Positions 1 to 14,710 of a stretch of 64,000 nt of DNA are shown here, in pieces. The DNA is from Laetmonice hystrix (lineage: Eukaryota). The stretch covers positions 1,054,001 to 1,118,000 of the forward strand of contig OZ249445.1 in the NCBI GenBank assembly GCA_965235115.1, given 5' to 3'. The number at the start of each line of letters is the position of its first letter. Position 1 is the first letter of the stretch. Position numbers and translations under genes: made by a program. Under the pieces are notes generated by a model. That model ran no database searches and was not told where the DNA came from. It saw nothing but the letters and a program-made list of their open reading frames with translations.

Positions 1-194
1 TGCAGCAAGGCATCTTTTAACATTCCTCATCACTCTTTAATCCCATAACACAATAAGGTTTCCCTGCGGACACTTACGGATGCGTTTGGCGTAAAACCTA
101 TCGTCATGTGGCATGCAAGAAATAAGAAAGTTCCATCACCCCGGAGCACCGACAGGGGGCGCTACTGCCATTGTACCGCTGTATCATTGGCGTA

Positions 195-1085
195 TCACTA
201 ATGTACGGGATCACTGACGTATCACTTAATATGTAGGCTGATGTGGCTACCACTGATGTAGGCTATCACTTATGTATCACTAATGTAGGCTATCACTGAT
301 GTAGGCTACCACTGATGTAGGCTATCACTGATGTAGGCTATCACTGATGTAGGCTACCACTGATGTAGGCTACCACTTATGTAGGCTGTCACTGATGTAG
401 GCTGTCACTGATGTAGGCTATCACTGATGTAGGCTATCACTGATGTAGGCTACCACTGATGTAGGCTACCACTGATGTAGGCTATCACTGATGTAGGCTA
501 TCACTGATGTAGGCTACCACTGATGTAGGCTACCACTGATGTAGGCTACCACTGATGTAGGCTATCACTGATGTGGCTATCACTGATGTAGGCTATCACT
601 GATGTAGGCTACCACTGATGTAGGCTATCACTGATGTGGCTATCACTGATGTAGGCTACCACTGATGTAGGCTACCACTGATGTAGGCTACCACTGATGT
701 GGCTATCACTGATGTAGGCTACCACTGATGTAGGCTACCACTGATGTAGGCTACCACTGATGTATCCCTAATGTAGGCTATCACTGATGTGGCTATCACT
801 GATGTAGGCTACCACTGATGTAGGCTACCACTGATGTATCCCTAATGTAGGCTATCACTGATGTGGCTATCACTGATGTAGGCTACCACTGATGTAGGCT
901 ACCACTGATGTAGGCTACCACTGATGTATCCCTAATGTAGGCTATCACTGATGTGGCTATCACTGATGTAGGCTACCACTGATGTAGGCTACCACTGATG
1001 TAGGCTATCACTGATGTGGGCTGGCTATCACTGATGTAGGCTACCACTGATGTAGGCTGTCACAGATGTAGGCTATCACTGATGA
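195..1085. repeat. 16-bp tandem array ((T/C)CACTGATGTAGGCTA), ~55 copies
   Basis: Read directly. Confidence 0.95.
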
Positions 1086-1224
1086 ATACACGTATCATGA
1101 AATGCCTTCTCACGACAATACCTACATATCGCTACCAGAGCTGCTCTTACTTCATGCCCCTTGTCTTTTAATGTCCCTACATCCCCGAACCCCATCGCCC
1201 GGCCCTCCCTGTCACAGAAACAGA

Positions 1225-1327
1225 TGCCCATGGAGTAGACGGATGCCCATGGAGTAGACGGATGCCCATGGAGTAGACCATGGAGTAGACCATGGAGTAG
1301 ACCATGGAGTAGACCATGGAGTAGACC
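1225..1327. repeat. 19/12-bp tandem array (CATGGAGTAGAC core)
   Basis: Read directly; source of the spurious MVYS ORF. Confidence 0.9.
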
Positions 1328-2719
1328 ACCCAGAAATAATGCCTGAAGAAGACGGATGGTCTGAGAATTACCATTTACCGAGATAGACTCGTTAGAGTGT
1401 ACTTTAGCTATAGTCGGCGCCTCTCTGATTCACAACCTTTCTCCTCACTGCATACAGACAGACCTCTCTCGGGATACAACAGATGATATCTCGGATACCT
1501 GGCACTGTTTGAATCAACAGACAAAAAGATAAATATTCTGTTTCAAAGACTTAATATAAATCACACAGCTATTAGTTTTACTTCATAAATGTATATAATG
1601 ACTACAAGCTGGAGCCAGATAGCTCGGGCGAGGCTAGTTTACCTCTCTATGTGTAAGTCCCATACATTATGAAGTACGCGGCTGCGACAAATAAAGCTTA
1701 TTTAGCACGTACATGAAAGGGCTTCAAACAAGTTGAGCAGACAACCCAGCCTGCTGCTGCTGGCCCCAGCTCCCATTATCGACGAGAGCACGGGCGCCGG
1801 TAAGCCGCCAGCCTGATTGTAGCCCCGAGGAACCTTTAAGATATCAGAACTATCAAGGCTTCTACTCATTCATCATTAATCCCAGGCCGAAAGGCCTATC
1901 AATATTTAATTGTCAACTAAAACGATATAACTTGGACGGAGTATCAATATGTGTGTAGGTGGTCGCGGAGTTCCTGGAGGGAGTGTAGTCCAGAGAACGC
2001 ATGCCGGTCGGTCCAGGGGAGGTCCTCTGTGACCGGAGGTGCTCTGGGACCAACTGGGGCCAGGATTCTGTAAAACTCTTGCGATCGGGGATATGTGAAG
2101 CACCTGAGTCCAGGGCTATGTAAAACACTCACGACCTGGGCTTCGTGAAGCACCTGAGTCCAGGGCTATGTAAAACACGACCTGGGTTACGTGAAACACC
2201 TGTGTAGGCCTAGAGGGCCAGCTGAGCCACCTGGACGGCCTGTGATAGCCCAGTCGGGAGCGTTGGGAGGCGACGCTAGTCGTGGTAACATGAACTTGGC
2301 CACCTCTGTCTGGGGGCTCTAGGTCACATTAATAGTGATTAGTTAGCTCGGATAGGGAGCACAAGATCATAGTTTGGCGGGCATGCACGTAGATTGTGAT
2401 GTCGGTTTTTACTTGTGCCACAGGGACTGAGTAAAACTGCGCTGACAGTGACCATTTGCCACAGTTGGAAGCTGTCGTCATGTCGGAGCCGTTACTTGAG
2501 AAATGACCTCCCAATCTTGTTGTGAATGACCTCTGGGAGCTGGCCTGACAGCCGAGTAGCCAGATGTCGTTAGGGGTCCTGGCCAATCACCGGCCAGGTT
2601 ACGGGAGAGGTCGGCGACTGATCAGATCAGGGTGTGTGACGTCACTCACGGGTCACCTGGCGACAAGACGTTCCCGGATGTTCATCCGTAAGGCGCATGC
2701 GCCCCAGGCACTTCCTGGG

Positions 2720-3520
2720 GATGGCCTCACTGGCAGACGGATGGCAGCCACTCGCCCGATCTAACATTAGGTTATGTATACACTTGCGATCCGACTGGCA
2801 GACGGATGGCAGCCACTCGCCCGATCTAACATTAGGTTATGTACATACACTTGCGATCCGACTGGCAGACGGATGGCAGCCACTCGCCCGATCTAACATT
2901 AGGTGATGTATACACTTGCGATCCGACTGGCTGCCACTCGCCCGATCTAACATTAGGTTATGTATACACTTGCGATCCGACTGGCTGCCACTCGCCCGAT
3001 CTAACATTAGGTTATGTATACACTTGCGATCCGACTGGCTGCCACTCGCCCGATCTAACATTAGGTTATGTATACACTTGCGATCCGACTGGCAGACGGA
3101 TGGCAGCCACTCGCCCGATCTAACATTAGGTTATGTATACACTTGCGATCCGACTGGCAGACGGATGGCAGCCACTCGCCCGATCTAACATTAGGTTATG
3201 TATACACTTGCGATCCGACTGGCTGCCACTCGCCCGATCTAACATTAGGTTATGTATACACTTGCGATCCGACTGGCAGACGGATGGCAGCCACTCGCCC
3301 GATCTAACATTAGGTTATGTATACACTTGCGATCCGACTGGCTGCCACTCGCCCGATCTAACATTAGGTTATGTATACACTTGCGATCCGACTGGCAGAC
3401 GGATGGCAGCCACTCGCCCGATCTAACATTAGGTTATGTATACACTGACTTGCGATCCGACTGGCTGCCACTCGCCCGATCTAACATTAGGTTATGTATA
3501 GTGACACTTGCGATCTGACT
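2720..3520. repeat. 65/54-bp tandem array (GCAGCCACTCGCCCGATCTAACATTAGGTTATGTATACACTTGCGATCCGACTGG)
   Basis: Read directly; two length variants are interspersed. Confidence 0.95.
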
Positions 3521-5597
3521 GCCTCAGATCCTCATGACGAACCTATGGTTCCTTTGATTTTCACCATTTTTTCTCTACATGCAGCTCTCTGATTTGTTTG
3601 AATGACCAGTTCCGTATTGACACAATTTTCTCTGCACCATCTTTGGTATGTTGACACTCCGAGTTTACCTCCAATCAACTTGTAAAACAAAGGCGTTCCG
3701 AAGATGGCTGATGCCGCAAGCAATCATCGATAGCATTTTAAAACGTCTGTTCCCAATCTAGGGCCGCGCTAAAATCGCTATCAAAGAAACGTCTCCGCTA
3801 ACGGAATCAGACTCGCAGCTGCCGCGTTTATAATTCGTTTAAAAGTGAATCGGTGGACGTGTCTTGGTGGGCGGTCGGGAGTTGGTGGGCGACAGGGAGT
3901 TGGTGGCTGACAGGGAGTTGGTGGCTGACAGGGAGTTGGTGGGCGACAGGGAGTTGGTGGCTGACAGTGAGTATGTGAGTTGGTGGTGGTGGTGAGATGG
4001 GTTGAATCAGATGAAGTATGACAAACTTTGTACTTCACTGATGATGGAGACATCATGGCTACCATTAATCTGTCCTTGGAGCTCTGTCCTGGCCTGGTCA
4101 CATCAATAGATGGGGTCGGTCTACACGGGATGCTCATATCATACTCATCGACTGTCGTTTTGGAGTGCTATGATTGTTCCTTTAGCTCTGCCATCCTTTC
4201 ATATTCCCGTCTCTTGACACAGACTCCCTTGGGCGACACCTCCAGATATTTCGGGTGCTACAAAAGTAGCTTTTCCTTTCTGTTAAACTATATCAAGGGG
4301 CCACTTAGGCGCGGTGGATAATTCTGTCAGTAGATATGAATGCCTATAGAAGATGAATGTTTGGCGGTAGCTCGGACCCCGGCTTAAGGTCCTCATCATC
4401 TGATCCAAAGACTTGTCGTAATCCTATTCCCGGCGGATTACCAACACAAAGCACTCTATAGCGTCGCTGTACGCGTAATTCTTCTTCACTTGTCAGCCGT
4501 TTCTTTTCTCTTCTGCTTTTCCCAGATGAACTTTGACTCGGCTGTCCCGATCAATAAACCAATGTGCCTTGCTCTGGTAATAGAAGTCCTTGCAGTGATG
4601 CCGTCCTTTCTGAGTTTAATTTAGGCAGGATTTCGACTGCAGACTTGGTTTGGAATCGTCTAGTCCCTGAACCGATGGTTAAAACATCGAACCACCTGAG
4701 ACGATAAATTCGCTGGTAGATAGACATACCTCTGGAATGATTTAGAAGATGTGTGGTGTGTTGTAGCCACGGTAACACAACCACTCTCAGTAATTTCTTC
4801 TCTGTGGTGAAATGAGTTGACTTACTCTGACGACAACGGCTCGTGGGAGAAAGTATCTGACGACAGTGCCTGTCGTGTTTATAAATAAACAATGACTTTC
4901 TCATCGCTGTGTCTGTGTGTATATTTCAGTGCCGGTATAATGGCAATAAATCAGTTCTGACAACACCATCAGATTACGGATGGCAATCCGGATGTGAACT
5001 TCGTGAAAAACGAGATTAGTGTTTTCCAGTGAGAATATGCTCGGTGACAAAACTATGGTGGTAACGAATACGAACCTTCACAGTCTCTGTGAATTCATTA
5101 ATTCACAGTCCCTGTGAATTCATTAATTCACAGTCTCTGTGAATTCATTAATTTAAGGCGAAAAGTACGCACATTGACTAGGGACCCAATTTAATAACTC
5201 CAAAATGAACGCCACCCTGTGGTCTCGAGGAACTGACGTGTCTGAAGGAGAGGAAATACGCTGCGCAGCCTTCAGCCCGCAGGCCAACTGCAGCGCTCTG
5301 CGGCCGTGCTCATTGGTAGACGGCACAGCCAATGAACACATGATATTGGCAGTTGCCGCGGGCCACCTAGCGAAGGTCAAGTCACGGACAACGACTGGAA
5401 CATGGTAGGTGGCGATTAGAGCCAGCCCTTTCTGAGCAGATCGCAATGAATGACCACGCGACGCTCAGCCTCAAAACAAAAGTTTTGAATATGTGAGAAT
5501 AATGCTGTAGAGGAATCGTGGGTTCCATGTCAATGGAAGTCCCATGTCATCTGGTGGAGGCTGGCATAGTCTGGATAACAACATATTATAGTATGTG

Positions 5598-5945
5598 GTC
5601 AGACACGGTCGACTGGCCTGTCGGACTGGGTGTTCAGACACGGTCGGGTCGCCTGACGGACTGGGTGTTCAGACACGGTCGGGTCGCCTGACGGACTGGG
5701 TGTTCAGACACGGTCGGGTCGCCTGACGGACTGGGTGTTCACACACGGTCGACTCGCCTGGCGGACGGGGTGTTCAGACACGGTCGGGTCGCCTGACGGA
5801 CTGGGTGTTCAGACACGGTCGGGTCGCCTGACGGACTGGGTGTTCAGACACGGTCGGGTCGCCTGACGGACTGGGTGGTCAGACACGGTCGGGTCGCCTG
5901 ACGGACTGGGTGTTCAGACACGGTCGGGTCGCCTGACGGACTACG
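5598..5945. repeat. 35-bp tandem array, ~10 copies
   Basis: CAGACACGGTCGGGTCGCCTGACGGACTGGGTGTT repeated. Confidence 0.95.
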
Positions 5946-6594
5946 TATTCAGGAGTAAATCTAGAGGGCCTGTTTACTTCAGGCATGTCGCTTACCCACT
6001 GAGGTCACGTGACGAGAGCAATTTGCTGCGCTCCTGCACTTTACGGAGGCCGGATTTCCTGCTAGCGAGCACGACGCTCGCTAGCAGGAATTCCTGCCTC
6101 TGTGTGTTATGTTATTGTTTTTATTAAGGTTAGCTAGAAGGACGCTTGTATTGTGTATGTCTTCTTTTTCCCATTGAAAGAATTGATTTTCCTTTATCAG
6201 ACAGACTTCCGACGGCAATGTGAATTCAGGTCTATGCATCATGCAAAAATGATGCAGCAGAAACCTGCGATCGGCAACCTGATTCAAACATGGACATCTA
6301 AGTCCAGATTAAGAATAGCTTTATGAACGTCAGTCCTACACGGCTAGAGGTAACTGCTGGTCTGGAATCAGTTTGCTCTCCCAAATACTCGTCCATCTGG
6401 AATGCTTTAGCAAAAAGACAACATGACATCTTCCACATCACCAGAGCCACTGCGTATTAATTACCCAAAACAACTGCTGTAAATGTTTAATGTGTTCGCG
6501 GGACGTCGGTATGAACATATTGGTTCAGTTGGCCAACAAACTTAACTGCTATGATCTTCTTTGGAACATCACTAAAAATCTAAAACAAAAACCC

Positions 6595-7250
6595 CCACCT
6601 ACATTGCCGGTAAATGTGGGGTCTGTAGTACGTCTACATTGCCGGTAAAATGTGGGGGCTGTAGTACGTCTACATTGCCGGTAAAATGTGGGGGCTGTAG
6701 TACGTCTACATTGCGGGTATAATGTGGGGGCTGTAGTAGGTGTACATTGCCGGTAAAATGTGGGGGCTGCAGTACGTGTACAATGCCGGTAAAATGTGGG
6801 GGCTGTAGTACGTGTACATTGCCGGTAAAATGTGGGGGCTGTAGTACGTGTACAATGCCGGTAAAATGTGGGGCTGTGGTACGTGTACATTGCCGGTAAA
6901 ATGTGGGGGCTGTAGTACGTGTACAATGCCGGTAAAATGTGGGGGCTGTAGTACGTGTACATTGCCGGTAAAATGTGGGGGCTGTAGTACGTGTACATTG
7001 CCGGTAAAATGTGGGGTCTGTAGTGCGTGTACAATGCCGGTAAAATGTGGGGCTGCAGTACGTGTACAATGCCGGTAAAATGTGGGGCTGTAGTACGTGT
7101 ACATTGCCGGTATAATGTGGGGGCTGTATCTACATTGCCGGTAAAATGTGGGGTCTGTAGTACGTGTACAATGCCGGTAAAATGTGGGGCTGCAGTACGT
7201 GTACAATGCCGGTAAAATGTGGGGCTGCAGTACGTGTACATTGCCAGGAG
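6595..7250. repeat. ~36-bp tandem array (GTACGTGTACATTGCCGGTAAAATGTGGGGGCTGTA)
   Basis: Read directly. Confidence 0.95.
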
Positions 7251-7685
7251 ACAGAGTTGCGTTGGGCTACAAAGGACAGCCATAAATAATTGAGATGGCC
7301 TAATAGCGTTGAGGAATTAGATGTAAGTATTAAGGTTTATTTCACATCGTGCACAGGTCCCCGTGGGGTGGTCTCCTCACTGTCATGCCTGCTTCTAAAG
7401 AACATTGGATGTAGAATCCGGCGCGAAGGCTTTTATAGCACTCCCGACCACTTCAGATATAGTACGGGGGTTTAACTGATCCATTAGTCGCCTTCTCTAG
7501 ACTTCTAGACACATGTTCATACGGTGGTCCCTGGTACGTTACACGCCGAGGCTACGGTTGAAATATTCTTTTAGTTTCAAAAAGAAGAAAAAGCAATGCT
7601 AGGTCTATCAGTGTTTATACTTAGTATTTTCCTTGTGAATTTTCTTAGTCAAAAGTTCACCTTTTTTAGGTGGGGTCGGGTGGGA

Positions 7686-7910
7686 GTGTTTCTCTCGTAT
7701 CAAACTGAACCTCTGCCCAGTGTGGGAGGCAGTGTTTCTCTCGTATCAAACTGAACCTCTGCCCAGTGTGGGAGGCAGTGTTTCTCTCGTATCAAACTGA
7801 ACCTCTGCCCAGTTTGGGAGGCAGTGTTTCTCTCGTATCAAACTGAACCTCTGCCCAGTGTAGGAGGCAGTGTTTCTCTCGTATCAAACTGAACCTCTGC
7901 CCAGTTTGGC
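7686..7910. repeat. 46-bp tandem array, ~5 copies
   Basis: GTGTTTCTCTCGTATCAAACTGAACCTCTGCCCAG... repeated. Confidence 0.95.
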
Positions 7911-8978
7911 AGGATTTGAATCTCCAGAAACTGGAAGTATAGAGTTGTTTACAATTAGTCGGGTTTTTTAGCTCGGAGGTTAGGGGAGGGGTGTGCTGTG
8001 AGGAGGAGAGGGTAGAAGGTGACTCCAGAGAAAGGTGTTACGTGTACCGGCAGGCTGGGGGTGTCGCCCCGAACGAGACGTTCGCGTGCCACTCCACGTC
8101 GTTTTGTCAGCAGTTGATATAGATAATGTTGATATCTAGTTGATACAGATAATGTTGATATCTGGTTGATACAGATCGGTCCCTTTCACTGAGTCCCTTT
8201 CAATTGTCCCACTCAGTCCTCATGCATACACTACAACCTCCACTGAAGGCGCCATTGGCGTCACATTCCACACGGATTACCAGCAGCTCCACTCTTGATA
8301 ATAATTATAGCCTGACCATTCAAATGTCTGTCTGTGGAAGAGATGTGGAAGAAACAAACTTATAGATCAAAATGTAAGGCCTTACTCCCTCTCTCTGGTG
8401 CACTCCCAACAAAAAAAGATTTTTAAATGGGCTAGCCGGTATGTAATTGTTGGTGTGTTGCAGGCCTAGAGAAACGATAATTGAGTGTGGTTATTGTTTG
8501 ACAGACCTCCGTATAATAACACCGCCGGTGTTTGGTTAGGGACACATTGACTGATGTGTACAGGATATTAGAAGCCATTCTCCCGCCGTCATCTCTGAAA
8601 TAACCTTTCACATTTAGAAATGTGATTGGCCATCACGTGATCTCTGCTATTGTTATCACCAGCACATCTATACATCACAGACCCCCATCCGGCATGACAG
8701 TCTACCATTGAAATTTCAAACCATCTGCTGTTAGCCATATCTCCCCCCCCCCTTTTTTGGGGGGTGGGTATAACGTATTGTGAACAATCTTGTTGGATAT
8801 TGAATATTAATCTACCACCTATATCTGTTTGATCAGCCCACCTCCTTGCCGGTGTGCTGTTAAATATGGACCCCAGGGTCAATATTCAGAGAGGTCCATT
8901 TGAAATCCAGTACCATACCGGTGGAATTTGAAGTCATAAAGATCCTGGTCGTGGTGGTACCCTCCCGGGCCGCGAATG

Positions 8979-9219
8979 TTTTTCCCCCAAATAGGTTTGC
9001 CATTTCGTCCAATCAAATGCCGAGTAGGACGCACGTGACAGTTAGCCTAGCTGCTCTCAACTGTGTTGGAATATCACTATCCTTATCCCTAACTAACCGT
9101 ACATCCCTAAGAGTTTAAGTTTTGTAATAACCAATGCTATCCCTAACTCTAACCCTAACTCTAACCCTTTTTGAATAATTTGACTCCAAGCGTCATGGCA
9201 AACCTGTTTGGGGAAAAAA
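8979..9219. mobile_element. Possible non-autonomous element: ~25-bp inverted repeat enclosing a CCTAAC-type microsatellite
   Basis: TTTTTCCCCCAAATAGGTTTGCCAT (8979-9003) is nearly the reverse complement of ATGGCAAACCTGTTTGGGGAAAAAA (9195-9219). The MITE or Helentron-like label is inference. Confidence 0.45.
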
Positions 9220-9764
9220 ATCGCTGCCGGGCCGAGAGACACACCCGGTATCCGACCCCCAAAACCTGTCATGTTTGCCGCATGACGTTCACTCGATACA
9301 CGCCCGCCGGTCAGATTCACCGGAACCAGGAAAGTTGGCAGACTAAAAGCTCCGCCTCTAATTTTAGTTTGTAAATCTCAGTAAATCAAAATTTGCCTGT
9401 AGGCGTTTATATTCATCATATCAGGTTCTTTGATCCAAGGCATGTGAGGAAAACAACACTTCACAAAATGTGTTCATAACCATGATTAGTTTCCCTAATC
9501 TATATTAGTTTCCCCCCATTGGAAGCTACTCTAGCTGTTGACATGTTCAGATGTAACATTTCTCTTTGATTATTTGTATGCTAGAATTAATATTGTGCGT
9601 AAAATACATGTAGAGGATCCGACCACGCGAAGAAAGGACCAAAATGTAATTACGTCTCGATGTTTGTATTTCGGTCCGTATACAGTCTGGAATCCTACAC
9701 TCACTGATGGCTTGGTTTTGATTCCCCTCCATACGTATTCAGTATCACTCAGCGCGGTGAGGGC

Positions 9765-9865
9765 AGGGGGAGTTGCAGGTTAGGGGAGGGGAGTTGCAGG
9801 TTAGGGGAGGGGGAGTTGCAGGTTAGGGGAGGGGGAGTTGCAGGTTAGGGGAGGGGAGTTGCAGG
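9765..9865. repeat. 22-bp G-rich tandem array (GGGGAGTTGCAGGTTAGGGGAG)
   Basis: Read directly. Confidence 0.9.
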
Positions 9866-9921
9866 GGGCCAAGGGGCCAGATATTCACGAAGAACTATAT
9901 TTTATGAGAAATTGCATTGTT

Positions 9922-12681
9922 GACCATGGACTGAGGACGTTATAACCCAGGTGTTGGACCGTCAGACCCGAGGTCGGCCTGGCCATGGACCGAGGACGTT
10001 ATAACCCAGGTGTTGGACCGTCAGACCCGAGGTCGGCCTGGCCATGGACCGAGGACGTTATAACCCAGGTGTTGGACCGTCAGACCCGAGGTCGGCCTGG
10101 CCATGGACTGGGGACGTTATAACCCAGGTGTTGGACCGTCAGACCCGAGGTCGGCCTGGCCATGGACCGAGGACGTTATAACCCAGGTGTTGGACCGTCA
10201 GACCCGAGGTCGGCCTGGCCATGGACTGGGGACGTTATAACCCAGGTGTTGGACCGTCAGACCCGAGGTCGGCCTGGCCATGGACTGAGGACGTTATAAC
10301 CCACGTGTTGGACCGTCAGACCCGAGGTCGGCCTGACCATGGACTGAGGACGTTATAACCCAGGTGTTGGACCGTCAGACCCGAGGTCGGCCTGACCATG
10401 GACTGAGGACGTTATAACCCAGGTGTTGGACCGTCAGACCCGAGGTCGGCCTGGCCATGGACTGAGGACGTTATAACCCAGGTGTTGGACCGTCAGACCC
10501 GAGGTCGGCCTGGCCATGGACTGAGGACGTTATAACCCAGGTGTTGGACCGTCAGACCCGAGGTCGGCCTGGCCATGGACTGGGGACGTTATAACCCAGG
10601 TGTTGGACCGTCAGACCCGAGGTCGGCCTGGCCATGGACTGAGGACGTTATAACCCAGGTGTTGGACCGTCAGACCCGAGGTCGGCCTGGTCATGGACTG
10701 AGGACGTTATAACCTACGTGTTGGACCGTCAGACCCGAGGTCGGCCTGACCATGGACTGGGGACGTTATAACCCAGGTGTTGGACCGTCAGACCCGAGGT
10801 CGGCCTGACCATGGACTGAGGACGTTATAACCCAGGTGTTGGACCGTCAGACCCGAGGTCGGCCTGGCCATGGACTGAGGACGTTATAACCCAGGTGTTG
10901 GACCGTCAGACCCGAGGTCGGCCTGACCATGGACTGAGGACGTTATAACCCAGGTGTTGGACCGTCAGACCCGAGGTCGGTCTGGCCATGGACTGAGGAC
11001 GTTATAACCCAGGTGTTGGACCGTCAGACCCGAGGTCGGCCTGACCATGGACCGATGACGTTATAACCCAGGTGTTGGACCGTCAGACCCGAGGTCGGCC
11101 TGGCCATGGACCGAGGACGTTATAACCCAGGTGTTGGACCGTCAGACCCGAGGTCGGCCTGGCCATGGACCGAGGACGTTATAACCCAGGTGTTGGACCG
11201 TCAGACCCGAGGTCGGCCTGGCCATGGACTGAGGACGTTATAACCCAGGTGTTGGACCGTCAGACCCGAGGTCGGCCTGGCCATGGACTGGGGACGTTAT
11301 GACCCAGGTGTTGGACCGTCAGACCCGAGGTCGGCCTGGCCATGGACTGGGGACGTTATGACCCAGGTGTTGGACCGTCAGACCCGAGGTCGGCCTGGCC
11401 ATGGACTGGGGACGTTATGACCCAGGTGTTGGACCGTCAGACCCGAGGTCGGCCTGACCATGGACTGGGGACGTTATGACCCAGGTGTTGGACCGTCAGA
11501 CCCGAGGTCGGCCTGGCCATGGACTGAGGACGTTATAACCCAGGTGTTGGACCGTCAGACCCGAGGTCGGCCTGGCCATGGACCGAGGACGTTATAACCC
11601 AGGTGTTGGACCGTCAGACCCGAGGTCGGCCTGGCCATGGACCGGGGACGTTATAACCCAGGTGTTGGACCGTCAGACCCGAGGTCGGCCTGGCCATGGA
11701 CTGAGGACGTTATAACCCAGGTGTTGGACCGTCAGACCCGAGGTCGGCCTGGCCATGGACTGAGGACGTTATAACCCAGGTGTTGGACCGTCAGACCCGA
11801 GGTCGGCCTGGCCATGGACTGGGGACGTTATAACCCAGGTGTTGGACCGTCAGACCCGAGGTCGGCCTGGCCATGGACTGAGGACGTTATAACCCAGGTG
11901 TTGGACCGTCAGACCCGAGGTCGGCCTGGCCATGGACTGAGGACGTTATAACCCAGGTGTTGGACCGTCAGACCCGAGGTCGGCCTGGCCATGGACTGGG
12001 GACGTTATAACCCACGTGTTGGACCGTCAGACCCGAGGTCGGCCTGGCCATGGACTGAGGACGTTATAACCCAGGTGTTGGACCGTCAGACCCGAGGTCG
12101 GCCTGGTCATGGACTGAGGACGTTATAACCTACGTGTTGGACCGTCAGACCCGAGGTCGGCCTGACCATGGACTGGGGACGTTATAACCCAGGTGTTGGA
12201 CCGTCAGACCCGAGGTCGGCCTGACCATGGACTGAGGACGTTATAACCCAGGTGTTGGACCGTCAGACCCGAGGTCGGCCTGGCCATGGACTGAGGACGT
12301 TATAACCCAGGTGTTGGACCGTCAGACCCGAGGTCGGCCTGGCCATGGACTGGGGACGTTATGACCCAGGTGTTGGACCGTCAGACCCGAGGTCGGCCTG
12401 GCCATGGACTGGGGACGTTATGACCCAGGTGTTGGACCGTCAGACCCGAGGTCGGCCTGACCATGGACTGGGGACGTTATGACCCAGGTGTTGGACCGTC
12501 AGACCCGAGGTCGGCCTGGCCATGGACTGAGGACGTTATAACCCAGGTGTTGGACCGTCAGACCCGAGGTCGGCCTGGCCATGGACCGAGGACGTTATAA
12601 CCCAGGTGTTGGACCGTCAGACCCGAGGTCGGCCTGGCCATGGACTGAGGACGTTATAACCCACGTGTTGGACCGTCAGAG
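9922..12681. repeat. 59-bp tandem array, ~47 copies
   Basis: CCATGGACTGAGGACGTTATAACCCAGGTGTTGGACCGTCAGACCCGAGGTCGGCCTGG with few variant positions and no spacers. Confidence 0.97.
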
Positions 12682-13454
12682 GTAGACCCCACTCTCTATT
12701 CCGCGTCTTTCCGCGGCGTTCCGTGTGGCTCAGCGTTCGTCACAAAAACCGTAATCTCATATCTCTAATGATGTAACCAAATACCATTCGCTATGGACTC
12801 AGGCAGAACTGCCTTCAAACCGACCTTTAAGTGATAAAAAAAATCTAAAATATGTGCATCTCAAACAGCCTGCTAAAAGGTATTAGTGAAAGAGTTGGTT
12901 TGTGCTGCGCTGCCTTGTAGTCACCCACCGCCTCACTCAATCGTTATTGATTACCATCAATAATGGTGAAACCATTTAATTCTACTTTGTTGCTCCGATC
13001 CGACCATGTGAATGAGCAATCAGCTGCCGCTGTGTTCTTTAGCATGTAGTATGACAGGGGGCGTTTTCTGCCGCCTACCGAGGGGCTTTGCTGAGACTGA
13101 GGCAGCTTGATATTACCGGAGGGGCGGGGGGGGGGGGGTACGGATCCAGGGGTTAAATCATTGGTGATGGTTCGGCATGGGGAGGGGGTATTTTAGGCAT
13201 GAATACATCCTGGAACAATAGCCGAGGAAAGTGTAACGTGTTATTGAACATGTGGAGCTAATGTCCTTGAAATGAACTACAAACTTGTAAATAAAGATAT
13301 TTGTGGTAAGTTCATTAATATTTAAGGATCGAGGCCCAGGCAGAGCGGGAAGGGAATTATTTCAGTCGGTGCCGACCCCCTAAATAACCCCCCCCCCCCC
13401 CACACACACACACACGCCAGATCCGGGTGTCTATTAGCACTGAGCCTGATGCAG

Positions 13455-14330
13455 AGTCCATGAGTTTATACGATCCTGGATCCTGAACCAGAGTCATGAA
13501 TACGATCCTGGATCCTGAACCAGCGTCATGAATACGATCCAAGATCCTGAACCAGAGTCATAAATACGATCCTGGATCCTGAACCAGAGTCATGAATACG
13601 ATCCTAGATCCTGAACCAGAGTCATGAATACGATCCTAGATCCTGAACCAGAGTCATGAATACGATCCTGGATCCTGAACCAGAGTCATGAATACGATCC
13701 TGGATCCTGAACCAGCGTCATGAATACGATCCAAGATCCTGAACCAGAGTCATAAATACGATCCTGGATCCTGAACCAGAGTCATGAATACGATCCTAGA
13801 TCCTGAACCAGAGTCATGAATACGATCCTAGATCCTGAACCAGAGTCATGAACGATCCTGGATCCTGAACCAGAGTCATGAATACGATCCTGGATTCTGA
13901 ACCAGAGTCATGAATACGATCCTGGATCCTGAACCAGAGTCATGAATACGATCCTGGATTCTGAACCAGAGTCATGAATACGATCCTAGATCCTGAACCA
14001 GAGTCATGAATACGATCCTAGATCCTGAACCAGAGTCATGAATACGATCCAAGATCCTGAACCAGAGACCATGAATACGATCCTAGATCCTGAACCAGAG
14101 TCATGAATACGATCCTAGATCCTGAACCAGAGTCATGAATACGATCCTGAACCAGAGACCATGAATACGATCCTAGATCCTGAACCAGCGTCATGAATAC
14201 GATCCTAGATCCTGAACCAGCGTCATGAATACGATCCTAGATCCTGAACCAGAGTCATGAATACGATCCTAGATCCTGAACCAGCGTCATGAATACGATC
14301 CTGGATCCTGAACCAGAGTCCATGCGTTTA
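13455..14330. repeat. 32-bp tandem array, ~27 copies
   Basis: GAGTCATGAATACGATCCTGGATCCTGAACCA repeated. Confidence 0.95.
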
Positions 14331-14710
14331 TCCGAGACCTCGCTCGTTGTTATTCTTACCGATCAATTATATAAAATGGTTCACTAAAACCTCACTGTTT
14401 ACCAGTGCAGCCATTAAGATATAATAATCATTAAGTGCAAATTAAAACATGAGCAATTCTACCCGCTATTATATTATTATCTTTAGCCCATCTCTATGGC
14501 ACAAGTTCCTTTTAACATTCGGAATGTTTATCCCAATATGTCATATATTTTTGTTGGTCTTTACCGTCCCGTGTATTTAGTCATTAATGCCTGAATGCTC
14601 GTCATTTGCATAATCAAAACATTAACAGCCAAAGATGGGGATTGGATGTAATTTATCTTACTTAGTGTTCCAGTCGGCGAATCTTTACCGTTTTAATCCT
14701 TTGTTCAAAT

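Noticed and set aside
2329-2586. WLLGC resembling the start of tetraspanin exon 2
   Set aside because: There is no AG acceptor before LLGC and the following residues are not hydrophobic.
4160-4270. Minus-strand AG-preceded frame HPKYLEVSPKGVCVKRREYERMAELKEQS* as a possible terminal exon
   Set aside because: I do not recognise the peptide and found no partner exons, so there is too little support to call it.
9922-12681. CRISPR-like appearance of regular arrays (also 49482-53140, 58590-60155, 60715-62035)
   Set aside because: Units are head-to-tail with no unique spacers, there are no cas genes, and the context is an intron-containing animal genome.
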